Origin: Sphingomonadales bacterium
Lineage (GTDB): Bacteria; Pseudomonadota; Alphaproteobacteria; Sphingomonadales; Sphingomonadaceae
NCBI GenBank assembly: GCA_043782885.1
Contig: JAYVZY010000031.1
Coordinates: 1-30,922 of the forward strand
Length of the DNA stretch: 30,922 bases
Reading direction: 5' to 3'
This document shows, piece after piece, positions 8,873-17,289 of the stretch (the first letter of the stretch is position 1; each line of letters begins with the position of its first letter). The notes beneath the pieces are model-generated. The model worked only from the letters and a program-made list of their open reading frames with translations, searched no databases and was not told where the DNA came from. The position numbers were made by a program, and so were the translations under genes.

Positions 8873-8942
8873 CTGCGCATCTTCGGATGCGCTTCCTCCC
8901 TGAACCTTGGCCACTCCGTGTGAAAACACGGGGTGGTTTTTT
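8873..8942 (+). ncRNA. suhB: SuhB/MmgR (alpha-r8 family) small RNA candidate
   Basis: GCGCATC-TTCG-GATGCGC hairpin, single-stranded TTCCTCCCTGAACCTTGG anti-SD-like seed, terminator CCACTCCGTG/CACGGGGTGG plus T6. It converges on N-formylglutamate amidohydrolase next to cpdR and tRNA-Val, the synteny I recall for alpha-r8. The 5' end is estimated. Confidence 0.75.
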
Positions 8943-9792
8943 ATTCGGCTGCCTCTGCGTAATTTGACGACCGAATTTCGGCGGCCAGCCCAAGTGCTAC
9001 CGACAAGATTAACGCTTGCATTTTTTCAAGACCATATCCCGGCTCAGTCAGTGCGTCATCGAGGTAGAGCCTGCGATCAACTTCCAATTGAAGCGCATGA
9101 ATAGTGTTGGCGGGTCGCCCATGACGCTCGATGAGATAGCCACCGGGATAGGGCGTGTTGAGTGCAACACGAAAACCGGCCGATTCGCATATCGCCCGCG
9201 TAACCTCTGCCATCCGTGCATCGGCGGAGCGCCCAAATCGGTCGCCAATCACAATATCGGCAGGCGGGTCTGTCATGAGCGGCGGCATCGAATGAAGATC
9301 GATCAAAAGTGCACCACCAAAACGGTCCCGCGCCAAAGACAATGCGGCAGACACCGCAGCATGATAGGGACGATGCGCTGTGAGGATACGCGCGACAAGA
9401 TCATCGCGGCTCAGTTTGGCCCGCCAAACATCGCCGACTCCAGCAAGGCGGCGCGGCACCAGTCCCAATCCGCTGCGCACTTTGTGCGACACAGAACTCG
9501 GCACACGCAGCGGCGGATCAATCATCTGCGCGTCCACGTCTGTCTCTGCGCGATTGAGGTCAATCCACAGGCGCGGAAGGTGCGCGATGATCACATGAAA
9601 CCCCGCAGCACGACAGTGTTGCGCAAGCTGATCTGCATAGCGATCCTCAAGCCGGATAAGCCGGTCTATGCCGACACGCGTCAGCGCCGCGCATTCCTGC
9701 GGATAAGCCCGGCCAGCGTGCGGAACAGAGAGCACAATCGGGGTCTGCACAGCATCAGCATTGAAACTGACAAAGGAAGGTTGAGAATCCAT
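8941..9792 (-). CDS. N-formylglutamate amidohydrolase family protein
   Basis: VLSVPHAGRAYP, LEDRYAD, WIDLNRAE, HRPYH, IDLHSMP, NTPYPGG and QLEVDRRLYLD motifs. Confidence 0.92.
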   Translation of the reverse strand: MDSQPSFVSFNADAVQTPIVLSVPHAGRAYPQECAALTRVGIDRLIRLEDRYADQLAQHCRAAGFHVIIAHLPRLWIDLNRAETDVDAQMIDPPLRVPSSVSHKVRSGLGLVPRRLAGVGDVWRAKLSRDDLVARILTAHRPYHAAVSAALSLARDRFGGALLIDLHSMPPLMTDPPADIVIGDRFGRSADARMAEVTRAICESAGFRVALNTPYPGGYLIERHGRPANTIHALQLEVDRRLYLDDALTEPGYGLEKMQALILSVALGLAAEIRSSNYAEAAE

Positions 9793-9908
9793 GCGGCGTT
9801 AACGCTGATTTATATCGCGTCAGATTGCAAGGAATGTTAAGGGTTGGCTCCTAAAGTTAACAGCTCACGCACCAACGTGAGAGCTGCTTGGGCGAATGCG
9901 AGGTTTCA

Positions 9909-10289
9909 ATGATCAAGATTTTGCTTGCCGAAGACGAACAGGCGATGCGCGAATATCTCGTGCGCGCGCTCGAACGCTCGGGCTATGCGGTCACGGCCGT
10001 GGATCGTGGGACGGCAGCATACGCACATTTGACCGCCGGAGAGCACTTCGATCTGTTGCTGACGGACATTGTGATGCCCGAGATGGACGGGATCGAACTC
10101 GCGCAAAAAGCCGCGCTGCTGTTTCCGGACATCAAAGTGATGTTTATTACGGGGTTCTCGGCGGTCTCGCTTCGCGCGGGGCAAACAATGCCGCAAGCAA
10201 AGGTGCTGTCCAAGCCCTTCCACCTGCGCGATCTTGTTCTTGAGGTCGAGCGGTGCTTTGAAACAGGGTTTTGGTCAAAGCATGTCTGA
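9909..10289 (+). CDS. cpdR: Single-domain response regulator CpdR
   Basis: MIKILLAEDE, LLLTDIVMPEMDGIELA, FITGFSAV, VLSKPFHLRDLVLEV; conserved position between the amidohydrolase and tRNA-Val; GAGG RBS before ATG 9909. Confidence 0.9.
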   Translation: MIKILLAEDEQAMREYLVRALERSGYAVTAVDRGTAAYAHLTAGEHFDLLLTDIVMPEMDGIELAQKAALLFPDIKVMFITGFSAVSLRAGQTMPQAKVLSKPFHLRDLVLEVERCFETGFWSKHV

Positions 10290-10368
10290 TATGCTTGCTT
10301 CTTCAAGCGACGCTCGCTAGAGCCTCCCTTCCCGCGCTCGTACCCCGAGAGCGCATTGACACGAATGT

Positions 10369-10443
10369 GGGCGTGTAGCTCAGTGGTAGAGCACTGTGTT
10401 GACATCGCAGGGGTCGCAAGTTCAATCCTTGCCACGCCCACCA
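10369..10443 (+). tRNA. tRNA-Val (anticodon GAC), CCA encoded
   Basis: Cloverleaf: acceptor GGGCGTG/CACGCCC, D-arm GCTC/GAGC, anticodon arm CTGTG-TTGACAT-CGCAG, T-arm GCAAG-TTCAATC-CTTGC. Confidence 0.97.
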
Positions 10444-10607
10444 GTTTTTAGTGCTGATTTTGGCTGTTTCTTACTCCTTCGAGTTTTCTGATGGCTTCGG
10501 GCGCTCACATAATGCGCCTTTCGGTTCGGCCCAATATCCTACGGACGCGGGAAACGCGCGACCCATCATGGGTGCCGCTGTCCGTAGGCATTGCGTGTCG
10601 CCCGGTG

Positions 10608-11921
10608 TTATTTCGTTTCCACCAATGCCGTCTGGAGTGGAATCATTCGGCCTTTGACCATCACAAGATCGATATGAAGCACAGCAGCTGGGTCTGTCAG
10701 CGGATCGCCATCTACCGCGATCAAGTCGGCGGATTTGCCCAAATCTAGCGTGCCGGTTTCATTGCTGAGGCCAAGTAACTCCGCCCCACCTTTTGTGGCG
10801 GCGATCAGCGCGTCACGCGGCGACATCCCGCCTTTGCTCACCATCAGGCCGAGTTCCTGCGCATTCTGGCCATGCGGGAAGACCGCAGCATCAGTGCCGA
10901 GCGCAATCTTGACACCTCCCTTGTAGGCACGGTTGAGCGCTTTGCCCCATTCGCCAAGCGTCTTACGCGCCTTGATTTCGGTGTTTTCGGTGTAGATGCC
11001 CTTGCCCATATAGAGTTGAAGACCTTTGAAGGCCATTAACGTCGCGACCATGTAGGTGCCCTTGCTTTTCATCAGCGTGACGTCCGTATCATCAGCGAAT
11101 GTACCGTGCTCAATTGAGTCGACGCCTGCGCGCACCGCCGCCTCAATGCCGCGCGCGCCATGTGCATGCGCCATCGCCTTGAGGCCCATCTGGTGCGCAG
11201 TGTCGCATATGGCTCTCATCTCGGCATCCGTGAAATGCTGCTCTAGCCCTAGCGCGCCGTCATCAAGCACGCCGCCCGTTGCCATGAACTTAATCACATC
11301 AACACCCTTGGCTGCAAGTTTGCGCACGGCCACAGCGCACTCTGCTGCTCCCGTACACACGCCCGGGTTTAGGCCACTTCTGTTCATTGCACTGGCAATC
11401 TCGGGCGCAAGTCCGACCGTGGCATCAGCATGGCCACCAATGATGGAGAGCGGGTCACCGGCGACCAGAATGCGCGGCCCCAGAAAACTGCCTTCCGCGA
11501 TAGCGTCGCGCATCGCAATGCTCGCGAGCGCTGGCCCGCCGGCATCGCGAACAGTTGTAAAACCGGCGCGGGCGGTGATCAGCGCATTCTTTAAACCGGT
11601 TGTAGCGGCATAGGGTTCAGAGAATTTGGGCCGCAGCGCCGCATACCACGGTAGTCCGGCATCCTGGGTGAGATGGACATGAACGTCAATCAGGCCGGGT
11701 AACACCGTCTTCGTCGCCATATCGATGATCGTAGCGCCAGCGGGTGCATTCATCCCAGGATCAATACGAACGATGCGCCCCTTATCGATAATGATCGTGG
11801 ATGCACCAAGTTCTGGCTTGGCGGCGTCGACAATAACGTGTCCGGCCTGGATCGCCACCATTTGTGCATTTGCGGTGCCAGTGACGGCGAACGCGGCTGA
11901 TAGAAATAAAGCGAGTTTCAT
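10608..11921 (-). CDS. Secreted metal-dependent amidohydrolase (Xaa-Pro dipeptidase-like)
   Basis: Signal peptide (ANA/Q); PGLIDVHVH, AGFTTVRD, VIKFMATGG, AHAHG, SIEHG and GTDA metal-site motifs; GGAG RBS. Confidence 0.88.
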   Translation of the reverse strand: MKLALFLSAAFAVTGTANAQMVAIQAGHVIVDAAKPELGASTIIIDKGRIVRIDPGMNAPAGATIIDMATKTVLPGLIDVHVHLTQDAGLPWYAALRPKFSEPYAATTGLKNALITARAGFTTVRDAGGPALASIAMRDAIAEGSFLGPRILVAGDPLSIIGGHADATVGLAPEIASAMNRSGLNPGVCTGAAECAVAVRKLAAKGVDVIKFMATGGVLDDGALGLEQHFTDAEMRAICDTAHQMGLKAMAHAHGARGIEAAVRAGVDSIEHGTFADDTDVTLMKSKGTYMVATLMAFKGLQLYMGKGIYTENTEIKARKTLGEWGKALNRAYKGGVKIALGTDAAVFPHGQNAQELGLMVSKGGMSPRDALIAATKGGAELLGLSNETGTLDLGKSADLIAVDGDPLTDPAAVLHIDLVMVKGRMIPLQTALVETK

Positions 11922-12109
11922 TTAGATTTCTCCAAGACTGCAGATGATTTAAGCGAGTATGTTGCCATTAGATATCCTCAATAAACAGAGCCGTCATCGG
12001 CCAACAGCCGAATGCTGGCCTCCTGCGCGCTTATGAAGATGTTCAGCAGCTACGAATAGATACGTTCACGCAAATATACCGTTACGCAGCCTATCGCGTG
12101 CACACAAAG

Positions 12110-12137
12110 CTTGGCGCTTGGCGCTTGGCCCTTGGCC
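12110..12137. repeat. Tandem heptamer repeat CTTGGC(G/C) x4
   Basis: CTTGGCG CTTGGCG CTTGGCC CTTGGCC, followed by a degenerate CTCGCCG. Confidence 0.85.
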
Positions 12138-12183
12138 CTCGCCGATGGCCGCCGAAGCCGTGAAGAATATTGCTGAGCGTTAG

Positions 12184-12276
12184 GCCATCGAAGGCGGCAC
12201 AATTCTCTCGGCTGGCGCTGCCGAAATGTGCATCGGTGGTGGTATGGGCGCTGCCACATTGCTAGAGGTTGCCTGA
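12184..12276 (+). pseudogene. 3' relic of a thiolase (acetyl-CoA acyltransferase) gene
   Basis: 12226-12276 reads MCIGGGMGAATLLEVA*, the thiolase C-terminal CxGGGxG motif. There is an in-frame TAG at 12181-12183 and no recognisable upstream domain. Confidence 0.65.
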
Positions 12277-12300
12277 CTTAAGGCTGATGGTTGGAGAGAA

Positions 12301-13701
12301 ATGATGACCTTTACCCGATTGAACCCGCTTACGGGCGATGTGGCGAGCAGTGCGCCTGCGATGAAAGTCGCCGATATTGGCGCTATCACGGCCCGTGCCG
12401 CAGCAGCCTTTCCGGCTTGGGCGGCGACCGGCCCGAATGCGCGGCGCGCGATCATCAACAAGGCCGCCGATTGCCTTATGGCGCGCAAGGACGATTTTGT
12501 TGCGGCGATGATGGGTGAAACCGGCGCAACGGCAGGCTGGGCGATGTTCAATCTCGGGCTTGCGGCGGGCATTGTTCGCGAAGCCGCCGCGATGACCACG
12601 CAGATCACGGGCGAGGTGATCCCCTCGGACAAGCCCGGCTGCCTCGCCATGGCCCTGCGGGAGCCGGTCGGTGTTCTGCTTGGTATCGCGCCGTGGAATG
12701 CGCCGATCATCCTCGGCGTGCGCGCGATTGCGATGCCGCTGGCGTGTGGCAACGCCGTCGTGATGAAGGCATCCGAACTGTGCCCCCGCACGCACTCGTT
12801 GATTATCGAGGCCTTCGCCGAAGCGGGATTCCCTGACGGTGTGGTCAATGTCGTCACCAACGCGCCCGAAGATGCGGCGGATGTTGTCGGCGCGCTGATC
12901 GATGATCCGCACATCAAGCGGATCAACTTCACAGGGTCCACCACGGTGGGCAAGATCATCGCCAAGCGCGCTGCTGAGCATCTCAAGCCGTGCCTGCTCG
13001 AATTGGGCGGTAAAGCGCCGCTGATCGTGCTGGAAGATGCTGATCTTGATGAGGCGGTGAAGGCCGCCGCGTTCGGCGCATTCATGCACCAAGGTCAGAT
13101 TTGCATGTCCACCGAGCGGATCATCGTCGTCGAGGCGGTGGCGGATGCGTTCGCCACCAAATTTGCGGCCAAGGCCAGCACGATGCTGGCGGGTGATCCG
13201 CGTGAGGGTAAAACGCCGCTCGGGGCCGTCATCGGCATCAACACCATCCACCATGTCAACAGCCTGATCGATGATGCAGTGAGCAAGGGTGCTAAAGTCA
13301 TCGCGGGTGGTAAGGGCGAGAGCGTGGTGATGAACGCCACCGTGGTTGATGGCGTGACCGCCACCATGAACCTCTACCGCGACGAGAGCTTTGGCCCGAT
13401 TACGGCGATGATCCGCGCCAAGGATGAGGCGGACGCGATCCGCCTCGCCAACGACAGCGCCTATGGGCTTTCGGCAGCCGTCTTCACCCGCGACACCGCG
13501 CGCGGGCTCGGCGTGGCGCGGCAGATCAACTCGGGCATGTGCCATATCAACGGGCCAACCGTGCATGATGAAGCGCAAATGCCCTTCGGAGGCGTGGGAG
13601 CCTCGGGCTATGGCCGTTTCGGCGGCAAGGCGGGTGTGGACAGCTTCACCGAACTGCGCTGGATCACCATCGAAACGCAGCCCGGCCATTATCCGATTTA
13701 A
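12301..13701 (+). CDS. vdh: Aromatic aldehyde dehydrogenase, vanillin dehydrogenase (LigV/Vdh)-like
   Basis: PWNAP, FTGST, catalytic LELGGK and QICMS, ESFGP; N-terminal FTRLNPLTG and C-terminal ETQPGHYPI closely resemble sphingomonad LigV as I recall it. Confidence 0.85.
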   Translation: MMTFTRLNPLTGDVASSAPAMKVADIGAITARAAAAFPAWAATGPNARRAIINKAADCLMARKDDFVAAMMGETGATAGWAMFNLGLAAGIVREAAAMTTQITGEVIPSDKPGCLAMALREPVGVLLGIAPWNAPIILGVRAIAMPLACGNAVVMKASELCPRTHSLIIEAFAEAGFPDGVVNVVTNAPEDAADVVGALIDDPHIKRINFTGSTTVGKIIAKRAAEHLKPCLLELGGKAPLIVLEDADLDEAVKAAAFGAFMHQGQICMSTERIIVVEAVADAFATKFAAKASTMLAGDPREGKTPLGAVIGINTIHHVNSLIDDAVSKGAKVIAGGKGESVVMNATVVDGVTATMNLYRDESFGPITAMIRAKDEADAIRLANDSAYGLSAAVFTRDTARGLGVARQINSGMCHINGPTVHDEAQMPFGGVGASGYGRFGGKAGVDSFTELRWITIETQPGHYPI

Positions 13702-13711
13702 GCAGTCGCAG

Positions 13712-14242
13712 ATGAAACGCGCAACACTAGGAATAGCGATCATGGCCAACACTTTGACGGGCGCGGCACTTGGACACCCGTCTGCCCCCGCGCCGGAATT
13801 GAGCTATGCCTTTTCCGTGACGGCAACGCTCGCCGCGCCGGTTGAGCAAGGCGAGATCGACGGCAAGCGCAAGCGCTTTATCGCAATCACCGGTGGCACG
13901 GTGCATGGGCCGAAGCTCCAAGGCGAGGTGCTGGCGGGCGGTGGAGATTGGCAGACGATTGCTGCCGATGGTCGCACCGAAGTTTACGCCAAATACAGTC
14001 TGAAAGCTGTGGATGGCACCATCATTGCAGTCACAAACCCGGGCATCCGCATCGGTCCAAAGGATGTGATCGCGCGGCTAGCGAAGGGTGAGGACGTTGA
14101 CCCCTCGCTCTATTATTTCCGCACGACGCCAAGCTTTGATGTCCGCCCCAGCCCTTATGAATGGATGCGCAACAAGGTGTTTGTCGCGCGCGGGATCCGC
14201 AAGCCCGATTCCGTCGTTATCGATTTTTACGAAGTCGATTAG
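13712..14242 (+). CDS. DUF3237 family protein with N-terminal signal-like extension
   Basis: RRFIAITGGTV.GP-like segment, VLAGGGDWQ, YYFRTTPSF and YEWMRNKVFVA. Start placed at ATG 13712, 10 nt after the vdh stop. Confidence 0.82.
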   Translation: MKRATLGIAIMANTLTGAALGHPSAPAPELSYAFSVTATLAAPVEQGEIDGKRKRFIAITGGTVHGPKLQGEVLAGGGDWQTIAADGRTEVYAKYSLKAVDGTIIAVTNPGIRIGPKDVIARLAKGEDVDPSLYYFRTTPSFDVRPSPYEWMRNKVFVARGIRKPDSVVIDFYEVD

Positions 14243-14330
14243 AACCGCCAGGTGATGCCTGCGTTGCCAACAGTTGAGTTGACTGCGGGTAAGCGCTGCC
14301 GATCGCGATAGTCCTCTGTCGCCGCCAACT

Positions 14331-14445
14331 GTGCTCAGTCGCGAGGCTGCTTATGGCGCGTGTCTCCGTGCGGCTGAGGTCACGCCTCAAGATCACGGAC
14401 TTTGACCGCGAGCGGATGATACTGCCGTTAGACGCTCGAATTTGA
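14331..14445 (+). pseudogene. Frameshifted tyrosine recombinase/integrase relic
   Basis: 14331-14384 reads VLSREAAYGACLRAAEVT. After a single-base remnant, 14386-14424 reads LKITDFDRERMIL. Together they match the box-I pattern AYGAGLRxSEVxxLKxxDIDSxRM. Confidence 0.6.
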
Positions 14446-14486
14446 ACTCTCAGCTGGGTAATGCACTTTAGCCGAAGAGTATCGTC

Positions 14487-14527
14487 TTGACATTGGCTAC
14501 CACATGAAACATTATTGGCCTGACCAA
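14487..14527 (+). promoter_or_regulatory. sigma70 promoter of the GH2 gene with overlapping GntR/FadR-type operator O1
   Basis: TTGACA(14487)-N17-CATTAT(14510); operator TTGGCCTGACCAA at 14515-14527. Confidence 0.7.
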
Positions 14528-14540
14528 TATGGAGAGAGCG

Positions 14541-17192
14541 ATGTGGAATCGGACGAAAAGAGTGCGGCTGAAAGCAGCGTTGGTGCTTAGTGTGGCACTG
14601 GTGGGCACCTCCACACTCCAGGCAGAGCAGGTGCAATCGCGTGAGATTAGCTCGCTGAACGAGGGTTGGCGTTTTCGTTATGGCGACGCGCCGGACGCGG
14701 TGACGGGCACTTCATTCGATGACGGCGCTTGGGCGGTCGTAAACGTGCCGCACACATGGAACCGTATCGGCGAATATCGCACGACGCGTTCAGCCGATTC
14801 GAACGACAAGCAAGGCGTGGGCTATTATCGGCGACACCTGAAAGCGCCCGCGAGCTTGAAGGGGCGGCGTGAGTATCTGCAATTTGATGCGGTCGGCAAT
14901 ATCGCCAATGTCTGGGTGAATGGTGTGCATTTGGGCACGCACAAGGGCGCTTTCTCGCGCTTCCGTTTTGATATTACCGATGTGTTGAAGGCCGGTGCGG
15001 ACAATGTGATTGTCGTGAAGGCAGACAACAGCAAGCCCGCTTTGGGGAGTTCCACGCAGGATGTGATCCCATTAGGGGGCGATTTTTTCATCTTCGGCGG
15101 CATCTATCGCGGCGTGTCACTGATCGATGCGGCGGATGTCGGGATTGATCTTCTCGATCATGGCGGGCCGGGGGTTTATGCGCGGGCATTGAGCGTTGCG
15201 CCTGACAATGCAGAAATAAATGTCCATGCGCGACTACGTAATCTGGGCTTTCGCTCACAGGCTTTGGCTGGTGAAATCATTGTTCGCGACGACGCAGGCA
15301 ATACGATCGTATCCAAGTCCTGGCACAGAGCAGTCGGCGCCAAGGCCATAGTGGAAACGGACAATGTGCTGGCGTTGACCAAGCCGCATTTGTGGAACGG
15401 TCGCACCGACCCCTATCAGTATTCAGTTTCAATGACGGTATTTGCCGGCAAGCGAAAAGTCGATGAAATGACCCAGCCGCTCGGCATCCGCTCGTTCAAA
15501 ATCGACACCAACACGGGCTTCTTCCTCAACGGCCAGCATCTCGATCTTCACGGTGCCTCGCGCCACCAAGATCGTCCTGTGAAAGGCTGGGCGCTCACCC
15601 CCGCTGATCATGCCGAGGACATGGCGATTATGGCTGATATGGGTGCGAATACGGTACGGATGGCGCATTATCAGCATGCGCCCGAATGGATGGACGCAGC
15701 GGATAAAACTGGCATGGTCGCTTGGGGCGAAATCCCTTATGTGAATGCGGCGTCATGGGGTGACGATGAGGGCACGCCAGCGCTGCACGCCAATGCGCGC
15801 GAGCAGCTCATCGAGCTGATCCGGCAGAATTACAATCACCCGTCGATCATGATGTGGTCGGTGGGCAATGAGGTGGATATTGGCGCAGCGTTCGGGCGCG
15901 GCGCACCGGCGCATTCGCGTGCACTACTCGCGGAACTCAACACATTGGTGCATCAGGAAGACCCCTCGCGCCCGACCACCTTTGCTGATTGTTGCGAGGA
16001 AACCAACCCGTTGCCAGGCAAGCAGAAGGGCGAGTTGCTCGCGGGCACGACCGATGTGATGGGCTATAACCGCTATTATGGCTGGTATTATGATGCGCCT
16101 GCCAAAATGGGCGAGATGATGGATCATTTTCACGCGCTCCATCCGGCGCTGCCGATGTCTGTTTCGGAATATGGCGCGGGTGGCGCGCTGTCGCAGCATA
16201 GCGATAATGTGTTGGGCGGGCCGATCAGCGCCTTTGGCCGTCCGCACCCTGAGGAATATCAGAGCTATTATCATGAAGAAAATTGGAAACAGCTCAAAGC
16301 GCGACCCTATATCTTCGCCAATTGGGTTTGGAACATGTTCGATTTCTCGTCCGACCTGCGACAAGAGGGCGACGCGATTGACATCAACGACAAGGGCTTG
16401 GTGAGCTATGATCGCAAGACCAAGAAGGACGCCTTCTATTTTTATCGCGCCAATTGGTCGGCCGAGCCGACGCTGCACATAACGGGGCGGCGGTATGTTG
16501 ATCGGGCGTATGCGGTGAATGACATTCGGGTGTATTCCAACGCCGAGAATGCCACGCTGGCGCTCAATGGTGTGGCACTTGGGAGCCAGCCTTGCGCCGA
16601 TCATATTTGTGTCTGGCGGGGTGTCATGTTACTTCCGGGGACCAATGCGCTCGAGGCAGTGGCAACAATCGGCGGCAAATCGGTCAGTGACCGGATAGTG
16701 CTTAACGGCCCCGATCCAAGCAATGGTGTGCGGATAGACGCGGGTGACCTTGGGGCGCACACGACCACTGATGGCCACCGCTTTGGCTCCGACGCCTTCT
16801 TCACAGGCGGCACCGCGAAGGTGCTCAACGTTGCGGGGTTTGGGCATGACCGCAACGCACCGCGTAAGGTGGTATCAGGCACGGCGTCACCGGAGCTGTT
16901 TGAGGGGTGGCGCGAAGGGGCGTTTAGCTATGATATTCCGCTGCCCAATGGCACTTGGACCGTTACGTTGCACAGCTTTGAACCCGATTCCACTCGGTCC
17001 GCAACGCGAGCGTTTGATGTGAACGCCAATGGCCAACCGGTGTTGACCAATTTCAATCCGGCGACGGCAGCAGGCGGCGTGTTGAAGGCCGTATCACGCA
17101 GCTTTCCGGTCAAAATTGAAGGCAATAAAGTGAATCTCACCTTTTCCGGTGCGGCTGTGATTGGCGCAATCGAGATTTTGCCCACACATTAA
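14541..17192 (+). CDS. Secreted GH2 glycoside hydrolase, beta-glucuronidase-like, with C-terminal malectin-like domain
   Basis: Signal peptide; acid/base WSVGNE, nucleophile SEYGAG, NRYYGWY and NDKG uronate-binding motifs; malectin-like tail (FSYDIPLPNG...FDVNANG); GGAGAG RBS before ATG 14541. Confidence 0.88.
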   Translation: MWNRTKRVRLKAALVLSVALVGTSTLQAEQVQSREISSLNEGWRFRYGDAPDAVTGTSFDDGAWAVVNVPHTWNRIGEYRTTRSADSNDKQGVGYYRRHLKAPASLKGRREYLQFDAVGNIANVWVNGVHLGTHKGAFSRFRFDITDVLKAGADNVIVVKADNSKPALGSSTQDVIPLGGDFFIFGGIYRGVSLIDAADVGIDLLDHGGPGVYARALSVAPDNAEINVHARLRNLGFRSQALAGEIIVRDDAGNTIVSKSWHRAVGAKAIVETDNVLALTKPHLWNGRTDPYQYSVSMTVFAGKRKVDEMTQPLGIRSFKIDTNTGFFLNGQHLDLHGASRHQDRPVKGWALTPADHAEDMAIMADMGANTVRMAHYQHAPEWMDAADKTGMVAWGEIPYVNAASWGDDEGTPALHANAREQLIELIRQNYNHPSIMMWSVGNEVDIGAAFGRGAPAHSRALLAELNTLVHQEDPSRPTTFADCCEETNPLPGKQKGELLAGTTDVMGYNRYYGWYYDAPAKMGEMMDHFHALHPALPMSVSEYGAGGALSQHSDNVLGGPISAFGRPHPEEYQSYYHEENWKQLKARPYIFANWVWNMFDFSSDLRQEGDAIDINDKGLVSYDRKTKKDAFYFYRANWSAEPTLHITGRRYVDRAYAVNDIRVYSNAENATLALNGVALGSQPCADHICVWRGVMLLPGTNALEAVATIGGKSVSDRIVLNGPDPSNGVRIDAGDLGAHTTTDGHRFGSDAFFTGGTAKVLNVAGFGHDRNAPRKVVSGTASPELFEGWREGAFSYDIPLPNGTWTVTLHSFEPDSTRSATRAFDVNANGQPVLTNFNPATAAGGVLKAVSRSFPVKIEGNKVNLTFSGAAVIGAIEILPTH

Positions 17193-17194
17193 GC

Positions 17195-17234
17195 TTGACA
17201 GGCATGGCCAGGATCGAATAAGTGGACTGACCAA
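17195..17234 (+). promoter_or_regulatory. Promoter of the TonB receptor with operator O2
   Basis: TTGACA at 17195-17200, AT-rich -10 near 17218, operator GTGGACTGACCAA at 17222-17234 (11/13 identical to O1). Confidence 0.65.
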
Positions 17235-17289
17235 TTAAATGAAACTCGTCTAGCCAGTGACTTGGACGAGCATGGAGAGGGAAGATATT

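Noticed and set aside
9016-9840. 274-aa plus-strand ORF
   Set aside because: Antisense shadow of the N-formylglutamate amidohydrolase gene.
378-10289. Functional link between clpA and cpdR
   Set aside because: CpdR is an established ClpXP adaptor, not a ClpA adaptor, and the genes are 7 kb apart in different transcription units.
13424-13711. N-terminal extension of the DUF3237 ORF
   Set aside because: It overlaps the vdh coding sequence; ATG 13712 is the plausible start.
12180-13752. 496-aa and 301-aa minus-strand ORFs
   Set aside because: Antisense shadows of the clearly assignable aldehyde dehydrogenase.
12301-17192. Joint pathway in which GH2 releases aromatic aglycones for Vdh
   Set aside because: vdh lacks the 13-bp operator and is separated from the GH2 gene by an integrase relic, so adjacency is better explained by independent acquisition.
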